Of a stretch of DNA of 64,000 bases, positions 29,852-39,439 are shown one piece after another (within the stretch, counting starts at the first letter, position 1; each line of letters starts with the position of its first letter). Origin of the DNA: Polyangia bacterium (GTDB taxonomy: Bacteria > Myxococcota_A > Polyangia > JAAYKL01); contig JBNKCR010000025.1 in assembly GCA_050287845.1 (NCBI GenBank), positions 32,001 through 96,000 of the forward strand, written 5' to 3'. A model generated the notes under the pieces. The model saw only the letters and a program-made list of their open reading frames with translations, was not told the DNA's origin and did no database searches. Position numbers and translations under genes: made by a program.

Positions 29852-30531
29852 TGTTTTCTGCCCTGTGTTGGGATTCCGGCGATAATCACCAGACCGCGTC
29901 CCTTTGGCGATGGTTTTCTTCTCTCAATGTCTGCCACTGTAATAGGGACAATCTGCTGGGTGTTCAGCGTCAGGTCTTCGCACCAGTACCAGCTTGCGTT
30001 GTCTGCCAGGGTCTGTGCATGGTCGGACAGCCGCTGGTAGCTTTGGGGGCCGCCCATGAAAAAGAGTGTTGGGTGAGAATGTGGTGAAATCCCCCTGCCC
30101 CACTTTGAAAAAAGGGGCCGGGGGGATTTCTCCACAACCTTCACATCCCCCCCATGAAGACTGACGAAATACGCATTCTCTTCCGATACGCCAATTTCTC
30201 TCAGCGCAACTTCCCCCGCACCAATTCCCGGAACAACCCGGCGTACCTGTTCACCAAATTTTTCTTTCACGGATTTCGCCAGACTGAACACCTCCGGATC
30301 GCCACTCACCATTACACCAACGGTGCCATTTTGGGCCAGTTGTTCGATTTGAAACAGCGCGTCTGCCACTTGCCCTTTCAGCACAGTGCCATCGATTCGA
30401 TACCTGGAAATCAAAGATAAAAGGCGTTTGGATCCGCAAAGATTTGTTTGCCCCTGAATTTCCAGGATGGCGTCTTCTGATACATATTCAGGCGCCCCCG
30501 GGCCACAACCGATGACAGTGATGGCATTCAT
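29848..30531 (-). CDS. cbiE: Cobalt-precorrin-7 C5-methyltransferase, standalone, with in-frame palindromic insert
   Basis: VIGCGPG, GSKRLL, SGDP, VPGIG, SLHG, EDLT. Confidence 0.8.
   Translation of the reverse strand: MNAITVIGCGPGAPEYVSEDAILEIQGQTNLCGSKRLLSLISRYRIDGTVLKGQVADALFQIEQLAQNGTVGVMVSGDPEVFSLAKSVKEKFGEQVRRVVPGIGAGEVALREIGVSEENAYFVSLHGGDVKVVEKSPRPLFSKWGRGISPHSHPTLFFMGGPQSYQRLSDHAQTLADNASWYWCEDLTLNTQQIVPITVADIERRKPSPKGRGLVIIAGIPTQGRKQ
30086..30130. repeat. 45-bp palindromic repeat element inside cbiE
   Basis: GAAATCCCCC..GGGGGATTTC terminal IR with inner GCCCC/GGGGC stem. Confidence 0.8.
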
Positions 30532-31601
30532 GTCCCAGGTTCCCTTGCAGACGCGGGCTCAGAACCGGCCAGGGAGCCATCCATGGCCACCAGCGATGTG
30601 CCAACCCGCAGACGCGGCGCGTTTTTTCTTCGCGCAAGGCGGCTGTTCACAGCCTGAGTGATTCTGCGGCACCACATCAGGCCAAGCATGACGCGCTTTT
30701 CCTGTGACAATGCACACAGAACCTCTTCGGCTGTGTTGGGTGTTGCGGGCACATCCACGTGCATCTCTCTGGCGGAGGCAGCCAGTATGGGCGCCACCGG
30801 TGTACCAAAACGGCTGTGCGTATTCCACACATCCCTGGTCAGTTTAATCAGTTTGCCCGGATGCCCCACAATGTGCAGCTCGCCGGTCTGTTTTGCAGGC
30901 AATGCGTCAAGGGCGAATCCCCAGTGATTGGCGACCTCCACCGTCTGTTCATCCGTCGCGCCGAAATGCGTTTTCGCCGCTGCAGCGCCAATGTTGCCAG
31001 GAACCATAAACATGATCCGTTGCGGCTGAGCGTTAAACACCGAAATCGATAACTCAATGGTGCGTTTCAGCGCTGCCTGGCATTTAGGTCGAACAATCCC
31101 CGTTGTGCCCAGGATGGAGATGCCGCCGATGACGCCAAGGCGTGGATTGTATGTCTGTTCTGCAATCGCTTCGCCTCCTTCCACCGATATGGTTACAACG
31201 GCATGGACAATACCGACTTCGGAAAGGGCGTTGGCTATCATTTTTCGGGGCACGGGATTAATGGCCGGTTCGCCTTTGGCAATACTCAATCCGTCTTTGG
31301 TGCAGATGCCCACTCCTTTACCTGCTTCAAATATTATTCCGCCACTGTGTTGCATTCGCACAGATGCGCACACGATGGCGCCATGGGTCACGTCGATGTC
31401 GCTGCCCGCATCTTTTTGTACCATCGCTGATGCATCGTTAAGTGCGTCTTCTTTTTGCATCTCTATTATTGGGAGCGTCAGTTGAATCCCCATGTCATTG
31501 GTGATGGTCACCTCCCATGGGGCGATTTTTTTCATTAACAGACATCCCGCCGCATACGCGGCTGCAGCAGCGCAGGCCCCGGTGGTATAGCCGGTTTTCA
31601 T
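30528..31601 (-). CDS. cbiD: Cobalt-precorrin-5B C1-methyltransferase
   Basis: GYTTGACAAAAA, KDAGSDIDVTHG, PAINPVPR, NPRLGVIGGISILGTTG, GKLIKL, NTHS; ATG overlaps cbiL TGA. Confidence 0.95.
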   Translation of the reverse strand: MKTGYTTGACAAAAAYAAGCLLMKKIAPWEVTITNDMGIQLTLPIIEMQKEDALNDASAMVQKDAGSDIDVTHGAIVCASVRMQHSGGIIFEAGKGVGICTKDGLSIAKGEPAINPVPRKMIANALSEVGIVHAVVTISVEGGEAIAEQTYNPRLGVIGGISILGTTGIVRPKCQAALKRTIELSISVFNAQPQRIMFMVPGNIGAAAAKTHFGATDEQTVEVANHWGFALDALPAKQTGELHIVGHPGKLIKLTRDVWNTHSRFGTPVAPILAASAREMHVDVPATPNTAEEVLCALSQEKRVMLGLMWCRRITQAVNSRLARRKNAPRLRVGTSLVAMDGSLAGSEPASAREPGT

Positions 31602-32362
31602 GACAGTGCGACGTCCTTCCATCCGCACCTGTTCAGGTGCACAATTACTGTCGACATATATCCCGGTGTATCATTTTGCGCCTGTCGAAGGCTGCGGGTG
31701 GTGTACTGGCGAACCGCATCTTCTGCATAACAAACCAGACGCGCGTCCTGCGCTTTTCCTTTTTGCTCAAGCAGCGCACACAGGGCATCTATTCGTGGGC
31801 CAACTTTGTACAGCACAAGCGTTTCGCAGTGTGCCAACGCGGCTTCCACCCGGTTCATATCGGTGGCGGGCAACAGCATCATCCGGTCTTCCTGAACGGT
31901 GAGTGCTTCTTTGAACACGGCCGAGGCGGCCTGGAACGCGCTGATGCCAGGGATCACATGAACATTTCTATTGGGAAGCAGCCCCTCCAGTCCTCCAAGA
32001 AGGTAGCAGCAGGTACTGTATATCAACGGATCGCCTATTGTGATGTGTACCACGGATTTTTGCGTGTTACACAGCTCAACGGTCTGTCTGGCAACATCAT
32101 TCCAAAACGCAAGGGTATCATTATCGTCGCGATTCATGGGATAAACACAGTCCATTACGGTTTGCCCGGATACCAGGTGAGAAACGGCGGCCAATGCCAT
32201 GCTCTGACTTACTTTTTTACTGCGGGGGGCAATAATCACATCTGCCGTTTTCACAATCTGTGATGCGCGCACAGTTATCATGTCCGGACTTCCCGGACCA
32301 ACGCCGACTGCATAAAAGTGGCCCTTTTGGCTTTGTTGAAATGGTGATTCCTTCAAGACCAT
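31598..32362 (-). CDS. cbiL: Cobalt-precorrin-2 C20-methyltransferase (CbiL/CobI)
   Basis: YAVGVGPG, YPM, TIGDPLIYST, IPGISA, YMS. Confidence 0.92.
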   Translation of the reverse strand: MVLKESPFQQSQKGHFYAVGVGPGSPDMITVRASQIVKTADVIIAPRSKKVSQSMALAAVSHLVSGQTVMDCVYPMNRDDNDTLAFWNDVARQTVELCNTQKSVVHITIGDPLIYSTCCYLLGGLEGLLPNRNVHVIPGISAFQAASAVFKEALTVQEDRMMLLPATDMNRVEAALAHCETLVLYKVGPRIDALCALLEQKGKAQDARLVCYAEDAVRQYTTRSLRQAQNDTPGYMSTVIVHLNRCGWKDVALS

Positions 32363-33195
32363 CTTTCCCTTCTATGATTGACGACACGTTTCAATGCGTC
32401 GCGCGTATGGCGAACAAACAGCTCGCAAATTTCGGTACGGGCGCCAAGGGGCGGCCGGAGCACTGTTTCTCTGGCGTCAACGCGGCGGGACCATGAATCG
32501 GCGTCTTTGCCCATCACATCATCCGTAATGTGAACGCCGTCTACCAGCATCAGTGGCACAAAAGTAACTGAGCCCGACGATTGGGCGAGTCGTTTGGCGT
32601 TGTCCAGCCCCGAAGTGCCGGGCGGCTCTCCTTCAATCGAGCACAGAAACCCGTTTGGCTTCTGTTGCTGCACCAGGTGTTGAAGTTGAATCAGTCGGCT
32701 GTTAAACCGCCGAAATTTTCCGTTGCCGTGGGTAACGAACACTGCGACCTCATCCGGCGCCACATCCTGTAGCAGCAACTCAGAGAAACGTTTAATATCA
32801 CTATCGGTATCCAGAAGAGGTCTGCCTGCGATAACGCGCAATCCGGATACTCTGGCCCTGTGCAGTTTTTCGAATTCCTGCCCCGGAACCACATGCAGAG
32901 ATTGAAATACCGCACGGGTGTAGCCATGATGTTTTAGCTTTCGGGCTGCCTCGATTGGACTATCCAGGCCAATACCCTCACGGTTCAGTTTTTGCCTCAC
33001 CATCGTCGATGTAAATGCCCATCGGATTTCATGCCCTGGAAAATGGCTGCGGTACAGTTTGTCGATGGACGCATACAGTTTGAGAGCCGGGGGCCTGGTC
33101 GTGCCAAACGCCACCAGAACAATGGCCGTGGCAGGACTGGATGGCGGTTTGAGTCGCTGCGTATTAAATACGTCGAAACTATCTTTGAATATCAT
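32353..33195 (-). CDS. cbiK: Anaerobic sirohydrochlorin cobaltochelatase
   Basis: LVAFGTT, WAFTS, QSLHVVPGQE, THGN, IEGEP, PLMLVDGVHITDD. Confidence 0.9.
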   Translation of the reverse strand: MIFKDSFDVFNTQRLKPPSSPATAIVLVAFGTTRPPALKLYASIDKLYRSHFPGHEIRWAFTSTMVRQKLNREGIGLDSPIEAARKLKHHGYTRAVFQSLHVVPGQEFEKLHRARVSGLRVIAGRPLLDTDSDIKRFSELLLQDVAPDEVAVFVTHGNGKFRRFNSRLIQLQHLVQQQKPNGFLCSIEGEPPGTSGLDNAKRLAQSSGSVTFVPLMLVDGVHITDDVMGKDADSWSRRVDARETVLRPPLGARTEICELFVRHTRDALKRVVNHRRERWS

Positions 33196-33847
33196 GAGAT
33201 TCCTTTTGTTTTGCTGCTATTGCAATGGCATTCATTGCCGCCGCAGCCAGAGAGCTGCCGCCGCGGGTACCTTCGTTGGTGATGTAAACCAAATCGCTTT
33301 CGTACAATGCCTGTTTACTTTCCGCCGCGCCCACGAATCCGACAGGCAGTCCAATCACCAACCACGGTGTGAACCCTTCAGTTTCGTGCAGCTCCAGAAG
33401 TTTCCATATCGCCGTTGGCGCATTGCCAATAGCTACAATGGCGCCGTTGAGTCTTTTTCCAAAGTGACTCATGGCGGCGGCCGCCCGGGTGGTGCCCTCT
33501 GCTTTCGCTTTTAAGGCAACCGTTTCATCGCGGATGGCACAATGAATATTATTGGGTGTGCGTGTTATTCCCACCTGCAGCATGCGCACGTCACAAAAAA
33601 TGTCGCAGCCGTTCTTCAGTGCCGCAATACCGTTGGAAAAAGCATCTGGATGGATGCGCATGGTGGGAGCGATGGACGCATCACCTGTGGCATGAACCAC
33701 CCGGCTTACAATGGATTTGTCACCGGCGCCAAGCGCAAGCCCTGAAATCGCATTTTCAATAATCTGAAAACTCTTCTTCTCGATGGCTTCACCTGTGCCT
33801 GGCAGGCCGGCACTTAACGGATGAGGAATAATTTTTGAACGGGTCAT
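33179..33847 (-). CDS. cbiC: Cobalt-precorrin-8 methylmutase (CbiC/CobH)
   Basis: IEKKSF, VHATGD, TRA, IGNAPTA, PVGFVGAAESK, RGGS; ATG overlaps cbiA TGA. Confidence 0.95.
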   Translation of the reverse strand: MTRSKIIPHPLSAGLPGTGEAIEKKSFQIIENAISGLALGAGDKSIVSRVVHATGDASIAPTMRIHPDAFSNGIAALKNGCDIFCDVRMLQVGITRTPNNIHCAIRDETVALKAKAEGTTRAAAAMSHFGKRLNGAIVAIGNAPTAIWKLLELHETEGFTPWLVIGLPVGFVGAAESKQALYESDLVYITNEGTRGGSSLAAAAMNAIAIAAKQKESHDIQR

Positions 33848-35325
33848 TGTTTGCTCCTGCAAAAATCAATAAAGGACGATGCTGCCAGAGGCGAAGATGC
33901 CCAGTGCAGGTGAACATAGCTGGCAAGGGTGTTATTTTTGAAATAGCCTTCATCTACCGTTTCTTCGGTACGGGGATGATGGACACGATACACCCGTTTC
34001 CAGTTTTCCATGGCGAGACGTTCTGCAACAATTTGAGAATAGTGAAAGCGATGACCTTTTATACTTCCGCCGGCGTCACCAAAATGGCAGGGGGCCTGAA
34101 TAGACACATCACTGTAAGCCAGCGTTTTCCTTTTTTGTTGAAGCTGAGTATCTAAGGGAAGTACACCACACATCGTATGTCTGACGCCAGCTTCATCCAA
34201 AATGTGTTCCCCCAGGTACATCAGCCCGCCGCATTCGGCGTAAATGGGTTTGTGCGCCCTGTGAAACGAAAGAATCTCGTGACGCAGGGATTCATTGCAC
34301 GTCAGGCGTTCAAGATGCAGCTCCGGATAACCGCCTGGCAGGTAGAGTGAATCACACGGGGGGAGCGTCGTGTCCACCAACGGTGAGAACGACACCATGG
34401 TCGCGCCAGCCTGTTCCAGAGCTTCCAGGTTGTCCTGGTAAACAAACTGGAATGCGTCATCCTGAGCGATAGCGATGGTGAGTGTCGATGACGAAATCCC
34501 CCGAACCCCCTTTGCGAAAAGGGGAACAATGCGTTGCTTTTGAATCTGATTTTGTGAAGAAAGTACTGAGCGCTCTTCTTTTTCCAAAGGAGGCGAAGGG
34601 GATTTCGTACCAGCGGTTATCCCCAGCAACTTTTCCACATCAATCCGCTGTTCCATTACATCGGCGATTGTCTCAATCATGTGTTCGTGTTCACCATCCT
34701 GCTTACAATGAGACAATCCCAGGTGTCTGGACAAAATCGATGGCAGGGCATCTTTGGGAACAGCACCCAGTAAAGGCGGCAATCCCGCAGCTTTAAGAGA
34801 TTCCCTCACCAGTGCTTCATGGGTATCGCTGCCACAACGATTGCCGATGACCCCAACAATTCGGATTTTCTTTTCGAACGTACAGCAGCCGTGCACCACC
34901 GCCGCTGCAGAGCGGCCCATCCCAGAAATATCGAGTACCAGCAATACCGGAATATTGAGCAGTCTGGCAACTTGCGCCGCAGTGCCGTCCTCACTGGTGG
35001 CAGATGCGCCATCAAACAACCCCATGGCGCCTTCAATAAACGATATATCGGCAGAGCTGATTTTGTCATTGAAGAGCGACTTGACATACTTTTTACCCAT
35101 CATCCATGAATCCAGATTGTAGCAGGTCCGCCCCGCTGCCTGTGAAAGATGCGAGGGGTCGAGATAATCCGGACCGCATTTAAACGGTTGAACAAACGCA
35201 CCTTTGCGTCGGAGTGCGCGAATCAAACCAAGAGTGATGGATGTCTTGCCGGAGTTGCTGCCAACCGCGGCAATCAAGTACGCCGGACATTCTTTGGGAC
35301 GAAGACTCAAGAGATCACGCTCCAT
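33844..35325 (-). CDS. cbiA: Cobyrinate a,c-diamide synthase (CbiA/CobB), with in-frame insert in the linker
   Basis: SNSGKT, FKCGPDYLDP, EGAMGLFDG, SRHLGL, PGGYPE, AECGG, YVHLH. Confidence 0.95.
   Translation of the reverse strand: MERDLLSLRPKECPAYLIAAVGSNSGKTSITLGLIRALRRKGAFVQPFKCGPDYLDPSHLSQAAGRTCYNLDSWMMGKKYVKSLFNDKISSADISFIEGAMGLFDGASATSEDGTAAQVARLLNIPVLLVLDISGMGRSAAAVVHGCCTFEKKIRIVGVIGNRCGSDTHEALVRESLKAAGLPPLLGAVPKDALPSILSRHLGLSHCKQDGEHEHMIETIADVMEQRIDVEKLLGITAGTKSPSPPLEKEERSVLSSQNQIQKQRIVPLFAKGVRGISSSTLTIAIAQDDAFQFVYQDNLEALEQAGATMVSFSPLVDTTLPPCDSLYLPGGYPELHLERLTCNESLRHEILSFHRAHKPIYAECGGLMYLGEHILDEAGVRHTMCGVLPLDTQLQQKRKTLAYSDVSIQAPCHFGDAGGSIKGHRFHYSQIVAERLAMENWKRVYRVHHPRTEETVDEGYFKNNTLASYVHLHWASSPLAASSFIDFCRSKQ
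34491..34608. repeat. 118-bp palindromic/MITE-like element inside cbiA
   Basis: Perfect 11-bp IR ACGAAATCCCC/GGGGATTTCGT; inner CCCCTTT..AAAGGGG stem. Confidence 0.8.
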
Positions 35326-36125
35326 GCCTTCACCTTCTCTTCAGAAATCATTTCACGAAACCACATCATTTTTGAACGCAGATGGACCACTTCGCCCACC
35401 ACAATGATTGCCGGACCATCTTCGATAATGCTGGATGTAAGCGATGTCAGTGTTGCAACAGTCCCGGTCACCGTACGCTGTTTCGCAAGTGTACCATTGT
35501 AAATGATGGCGGCAGGCGTCGTTTCCTTGCGACCAAACCTTACCAGACTGGTCATAATTTCGTCGCACCTTGTTCTGCCCATTAAAAAAATCAGTGTATC
35601 GGGACCATTGGCAATCCGACGCCATTGGATGTCATCAAAGGATAACCCACCACGGCGGTGGGCACTGTAGATACCAAAAGATGACGCTACCTCGCGGTGA
35701 GTAACCGGAATACCTGCGTAGGCGGGTACCGATGCGATACAGCTGACGCCCGGAACAATTTCGAACGGAATCCCCTCTCTTTTCAGCGCCATGGCTTCTT
35801 CGGCGCCACGTCCGAAGGTAATCGGGTCGCCGCCTTTTAATCGGACCACTGTTTTGCCCTTATGGGAAAGTGAAATGATTAAAGCGGTGGTTTCCGCCTG
35901 GGTTCTATCGCAGTGGCCTTTTCGTTTGCGAACACTGATGCGCTCTGCCTCTGGTGCATATTGAACCATTATTTCGGGATTAACCAGTGCATCGAAAAGA
36001 ACCACATCAGCCAGTTGCAGGCATTGCGCAGCTCGTACTGTAATCAGACCCGGATCGCCCGGACCGGCGCCAACAAGAAAAACCTTTCCACAGGAAAAAG
36101 GCAATAATGAAATCGGATGGGTCAA
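35307..36125 (-). CDS. cobA: Uroporphyrinogen-III C-methyltransferase (SUMT)
   Basis: LVGAGPGDPGLIT, VRLKGGDP, FGRGAEE, GIPVTHR, PAIIVVGEVV; GGAGGT then TTG 36125. Confidence 0.93.
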   Translation of the reverse strand: MTHPISLLPFSCGKVFLVGAGPGDPGLITVRAAQCLQLADVVLFDALVNPEIMVQYAPEAERISVRKRKGHCDRTQAETTALIISLSHKGKTVVRLKGGDPITFGRGAEEAMALKREGIPFEIVPGVSCIASVPAYAGIPVTHREVASSFGIYSAHRRGGLSFDDIQWRRIANGPDTLIFLMGRTRCDEIMTSLVRFGRKETTPAAIIYNGTLAKQRTVTGTVATLTSLTSSIIEDGPAIIVVGEVVHLRSKMMWFREMISEEKVKAWSVIS

Positions 36126-36218
36126 CGGCACCTCCAAAATACAATAAATTGCGAGATGCCGTATTTCATCTCAAGACAACGCCAACCCCAAAACCGAGAG
36201 TGAGCGTATAAAAATGTA

Positions 36219-36357
36219 AAGGTTCAGGTCTTCTGGCTTCCAGATCTCTCTATTCGCTGCGTCTTCCCGCCTCATCGGCAGTGACATATCTGCAGCTTTC
36301 GTCCCTGGTTACAGCGGCGGTACCGCGACGGTGTTTCACCGTACTTCCCTTGGCCTT
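36219..36357 (-). promoter_or_regulatory. Cobalamin riboswitch
   Basis: - strand AAGGGAAGTACGGTGAAACACCGTCGCGGTACCGCCGCTGTAA..CACTG..CGGGAAG..AAGCCAGAAGACCTG, upstream of cobA. Confidence 0.92.
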
Positions 36358-36362
36358 GCTGA

Positions 36363-36393
36363 GTGAATCTCATAAGTATTGGCAGGTTGTCAA
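36363..36393 (-). promoter_or_regulatory. Putative sigma70-type promoter of the cobA-cbi operon
   Basis: TTGACA, 15 nt, TGAGATTCAC, ending 5 nt before the riboswitch. Confidence 0.6.
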
Positions 36394-36629
36394 GAGGACT
36401 CTTCAAGCATAGACAAGTATGGCAGGATTTTACGTGTCGTCAGAGGTTCATGGTAATTTCATGACATTGAATCGAGTCATATCTGTTTCGTATCGGGACA
36501 GTTGTGCAGGCTGCTGAGTCTTACAGGATGCGGCGGATTCACAGCGAGCGAATCCCCCATGTATGAAGGCGATGCAGAATAACAAAACTGTGCAGATAGA
36601 GAAGACCCACTTGTGACAATAACCACTTT

Positions 36630-37817
36630 TCACCTGGAAAGATACTTTTGGGCTTGTTGTTCAATAGAATTCTTTGTCTCCTGAAAGGACGCCTCGGTGA
36701 TTGCTGACGCTGCATCCATCGCCGTTTCCCAGTCTTCCCGTTGCAGCGAGGCGAAGGCGAATCGCACCAGCCCCAATTGGTTCAAAGTGCGTATTTCGTA
36801 AAGGGGACGCAGTAATTCAGAAGCAGTATCAAACGCGTCTATCTGCAAATAGATAGCAGCCAGCTGGTCGATTCTTTGCCGCTCCCTGTCAATTTTATAC
36901 CCCGTGCGAATCGCATCCTGAAAATGTCCAGCAAGACGATATTGCTCGGAAGCGGCAAAAGCTAGGTCCAAGCGCGTATTTAAAATGGAATCGAACAATT
37001 GTGCGGATGCAAGCGGCGCATTCTGCTCTGCGTAACTGTATGCCAGCCGAACCTTTGCCTCTGTGCTCTGGGGGCACTGCAGTGTGGCCTCCTCAAGTAT
37101 CACTGTGGGTTCCTTGCCGTCTCCTGTATTTCGGCATGCTTCAGCGACATACAGATACGCCGCGTCACAGCTTTCCGTTTCACTGCGGGTGCGGGCATAC
37201 TGCCTCGCAAAATCGGTCGCTGTAACAAAAAATCCCTGACTCGAAAAAAGGCGCGCTGCCAGTAACAGCAATGTCGATTCTCCGGGAAAATGCCGCAGAC
37301 CTTCATCGAGCGCTACCCGGGCGGATTCCATTTCTTCTGCGTGCATCAGCGACTGAACCCGCAATATATGCCAGGGCGCAAGCCTTTCTCCCATGGCTCT
37401 GGCATTATCAAGAGCCTGCGCGGCCATTCTATACTCCCCCAGCTGATACCGGGCCTGTCCCAGATAAAACCAGATAGCCGTTCTGTTCGGCTGCTCCCGG
37501 ATAACCGATTCAAACGCCGCAACGGCTTTTTGGGGATATCCCATTTCCAGATAAAGAGCCCCGGACACAGACTGGTAATCCACAATGGGAAAACCGCATT
37601 GCTCAAAATGGACCGACCAGCACTTCTGTGCAGCCACAACCATTTTTTTTGCCTGGCGGATATCCTTTTCCATTAAGGCCTGTTGGGCCAGTTCGATATA
37701 TGGGGGCGCCACAAACGGTTCAACCGCCTTTTGTCGAGGGTTACGTCCCCCAAGGGCGATAAGCGAACCCATGACGACCAACAGCAGCGTATTTATAAAT
37801 AGAAGAATTCTTTTCAT
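36630..37817 (-). CDS. TPR protein of the TonB module (TtpD-like position)
   Basis: N-terminal hydrophobic segment, TPR helices (WFYLGQARYQLG), follows tonB. Confidence 0.75.
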   Translation of the reverse strand: MKRILLFINTLLLVVMGSLIALGGRNPRQKAVEPFVAPPYIELAQQALMEKDIRQAKKMVVAAQKCWSVHFEQCGFPIVDYQSVSGALYLEMGYPQKAVAAFESVIREQPNRTAIWFYLGQARYQLGEYRMAAQALDNARAMGERLAPWHILRVQSLMHAEEMESARVALDEGLRHFPGESTLLLLAARLFSSQGFFVTATDFARQYARTRSETESCDAAYLYVAEACRNTGDGKEPTVILEEATLQCPQSTEAKVRLAYSYAEQNAPLASAQLFDSILNTRLDLAFAASEQYRLAGHFQDAIRTGYKIDRERQRIDQLAAIYLQIDAFDTASELLRPLYEIRTLNQLGLVRFAFASLQREDWETAMDAASAITEASFQETKNSIEQQAQKYLSR

Positions 37818-37826
37818 CGTGGATTC

Positions 37827-38468
37827 CTAATGCAGTTTAAACACCACCCGCTGTGTCACCCATGCTTTCAGTGGCTTGCCCTGATACGTGGCCGGTGCAA
37901 ATTTCCAGGAGGACAGTGCCCGCTTCGCCGCGTCGTCAAACACCCCGGCAGGTGACGAAGTGACAATCTCCACCCGTGAAACAGAGCCATCCTTTTCAAG
38001 AAGAAGACGGGCCTCCACGTCACCCTCTATGCCCTGCCGTTCGAGCGCTGCCGGATACATAGGCGCGGTTTTTACGAGCGGTCTGGGGGATTCATCCAGA
38101 ACATCTTCAGTAAGGATCATGTCTTTTTGCATCAGTGCATCCAGTGATACCGAACTTTCCGGATGAACCACTGGCATCTCCCCTGACTCATCTGCCACCT
38201 CAAATGCAGGAATTGAAAAAGACGAAGGAATATTCGGCAATCCTACCGCCACCGGCTGCTGTGCGCTCTTCATCTTTTTTTGTGTTTGGATCATTTTTTT
38301 TGGACGCTTTCTGGGAGGCACGAATATATCTGCTGAAGTATCTGGTTTTTTTTGCGGGGGTGTTACATTTTCGGATGCAACTCCCCACAATCCCATGGCA
38401 CCAAACATGAAAGCATTCACTGCGAGTGCGAATACCAGAGAGGTCAGTATTTTAATTATTCCATTCAA
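37827..38468 (-). CDS. tonB: Energy transducer TonB
   Basis: N-terminal TM, Pro/Lys linker, YPAAL..GIEGDV, FDDAA, WKFAPA. Confidence 0.92.
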   Translation of the reverse strand: MNGIIKILTSLVFALAVNAFMFGAMGLWGVASENVTPPQKKPDTSADIFVPPRKRPKKMIQTQKKMKSAQQPVAVGLPNIPSSFSIPAFEVADESGEMPVVHPESSVSLDALMQKDMILTEDVLDESPRPLVKTAPMYPAALERQGIEGDVEARLLLEKDGSVSRVEIVTSSPAGVFDDAAKRALSSWKFAPATYQGKPLKAWVTQRVVFKLH

Positions 38469-38471
38469 TGC

Positions 38472-38885
38472 TTATGGCTTTCTCTGCACATCAACACCCA
38501 CGTTTTTCGCGCCGGCAAGTTTGCACTGGTCCACCACATCAACCAACTTGCCGGTGGCGGACGCTTCGTCCGCGGTCACCAATACCGGTTTATCCGGATA
38601 CCTGGAGAGGATGGCCCGTACCTGCCCCTGCACCATCCAGGGGTGCACGTCTTTCCCATCCACAGTCACCTGTCCACTCCGGGTGAGCGTAATTCTGAGC
38701 GCGCGAACATCCGCAGTCGCGACACTGGATGCTCTGGGACGCTCAATTTCCATTTCCAGATTGCGAACAAAGGTGGTGGACACCATAAAAAAGATAAGAA
38801 GAATGAATACTACATCAATCAATGGAGCAATATCGATGCCTTCGTCATCTTTGAAAAATGACGGAATCTCACGGAGACGTTTCAT
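38472..38885 (-). CDS. exbD: Biopolymer transporter ExbD
   Basis: APLIDVVFILLIFFMV. Confidence 0.95.
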   Translation of the reverse strand: MKRLREIPSFFKDDEGIDIAPLIDVVFILLIFFMVSTTFVRNLEMEIERPRASSVATADVRALRITLTRSGQVTVDGKDVHPWMVQGQVRAILSRYPDKPVLVTADEASATGKLVDVVDQCKLAGAKNVGVDVQRKP

Positions 38886-39439
38886 CTTGTACTTTCTTTT
38901 TCAGGTGACAGACTTGTTGCCATCAGCCGAAACCGTTGCAGCTGTCTGTCGACTTTTCTGTTTAAAATGCGACTGAAAAAAAATGCGGGTATTGCAACCA
39001 CCAAACCAGCCTGTGTGGTCAACAAGGCTTCTGAAATACCCCCGGCAATTCCTCCCTGCTGTGAAAAAAAACGCATGGTCGTCAATCCTTCGAAAGTCAC
39101 TATCATACCGCTGACTGTTCCGAGCAAACCCAGAAGGGGCGCTGCAGCCACCAGTGTGTCTATCAGTCTGTCATAAGCATTCAGCTTCTGATGCAGCCAA
39201 CGATTGGCCACTTCCCAACCGGATACCCGTTGAATCAATGTTCTCAGGTAGGTTTCATTTATCCTTTTCGCCTCCACCCAGTTGAAAAAACGAACCCCCA
39301 ACAGCGTCCAAATCAGAATTCCTACCATGAGTAATGGAATCATCACAAACCCACCTGCCTGCATCAGCAGAACAAATGCATCATACACCTTATTTGCCAT
39401 CCCGAGCGCGCCCTGGTATTCACCTGAAGAAATGTTCAC
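38882..39439 (-). CDS. exbB: ExbB/MotA/TolQ proton channel
   Basis: APLLGLLGTVSGMI, GGISEALLTTQAGL; GTG overlaps the upstream TGA. Confidence 0.9.
   Translation of the reverse strand: MNISSGEYQGALGMANKVYDAFVLLMQAGGFVMIPLLMVGILIWTLLGVRFFNWVEAKRINETYLRTLIQRVSGWEVANRWLHQKLNAYDRLIDTLVAAAPLLGLLGTVSGMIVTFEGLTTMRFFSQQGGIAGGISEALLTTQAGLVVAIPAFFFSRILNRKVDRQLQRFRLMATSLSPEKESTR

Noticed and set aside
29890..29925. PSPKGRG peptide in CbiE as a third palindromic insert
   Set aside because: The DNA here shows no convincing inverted repeat.
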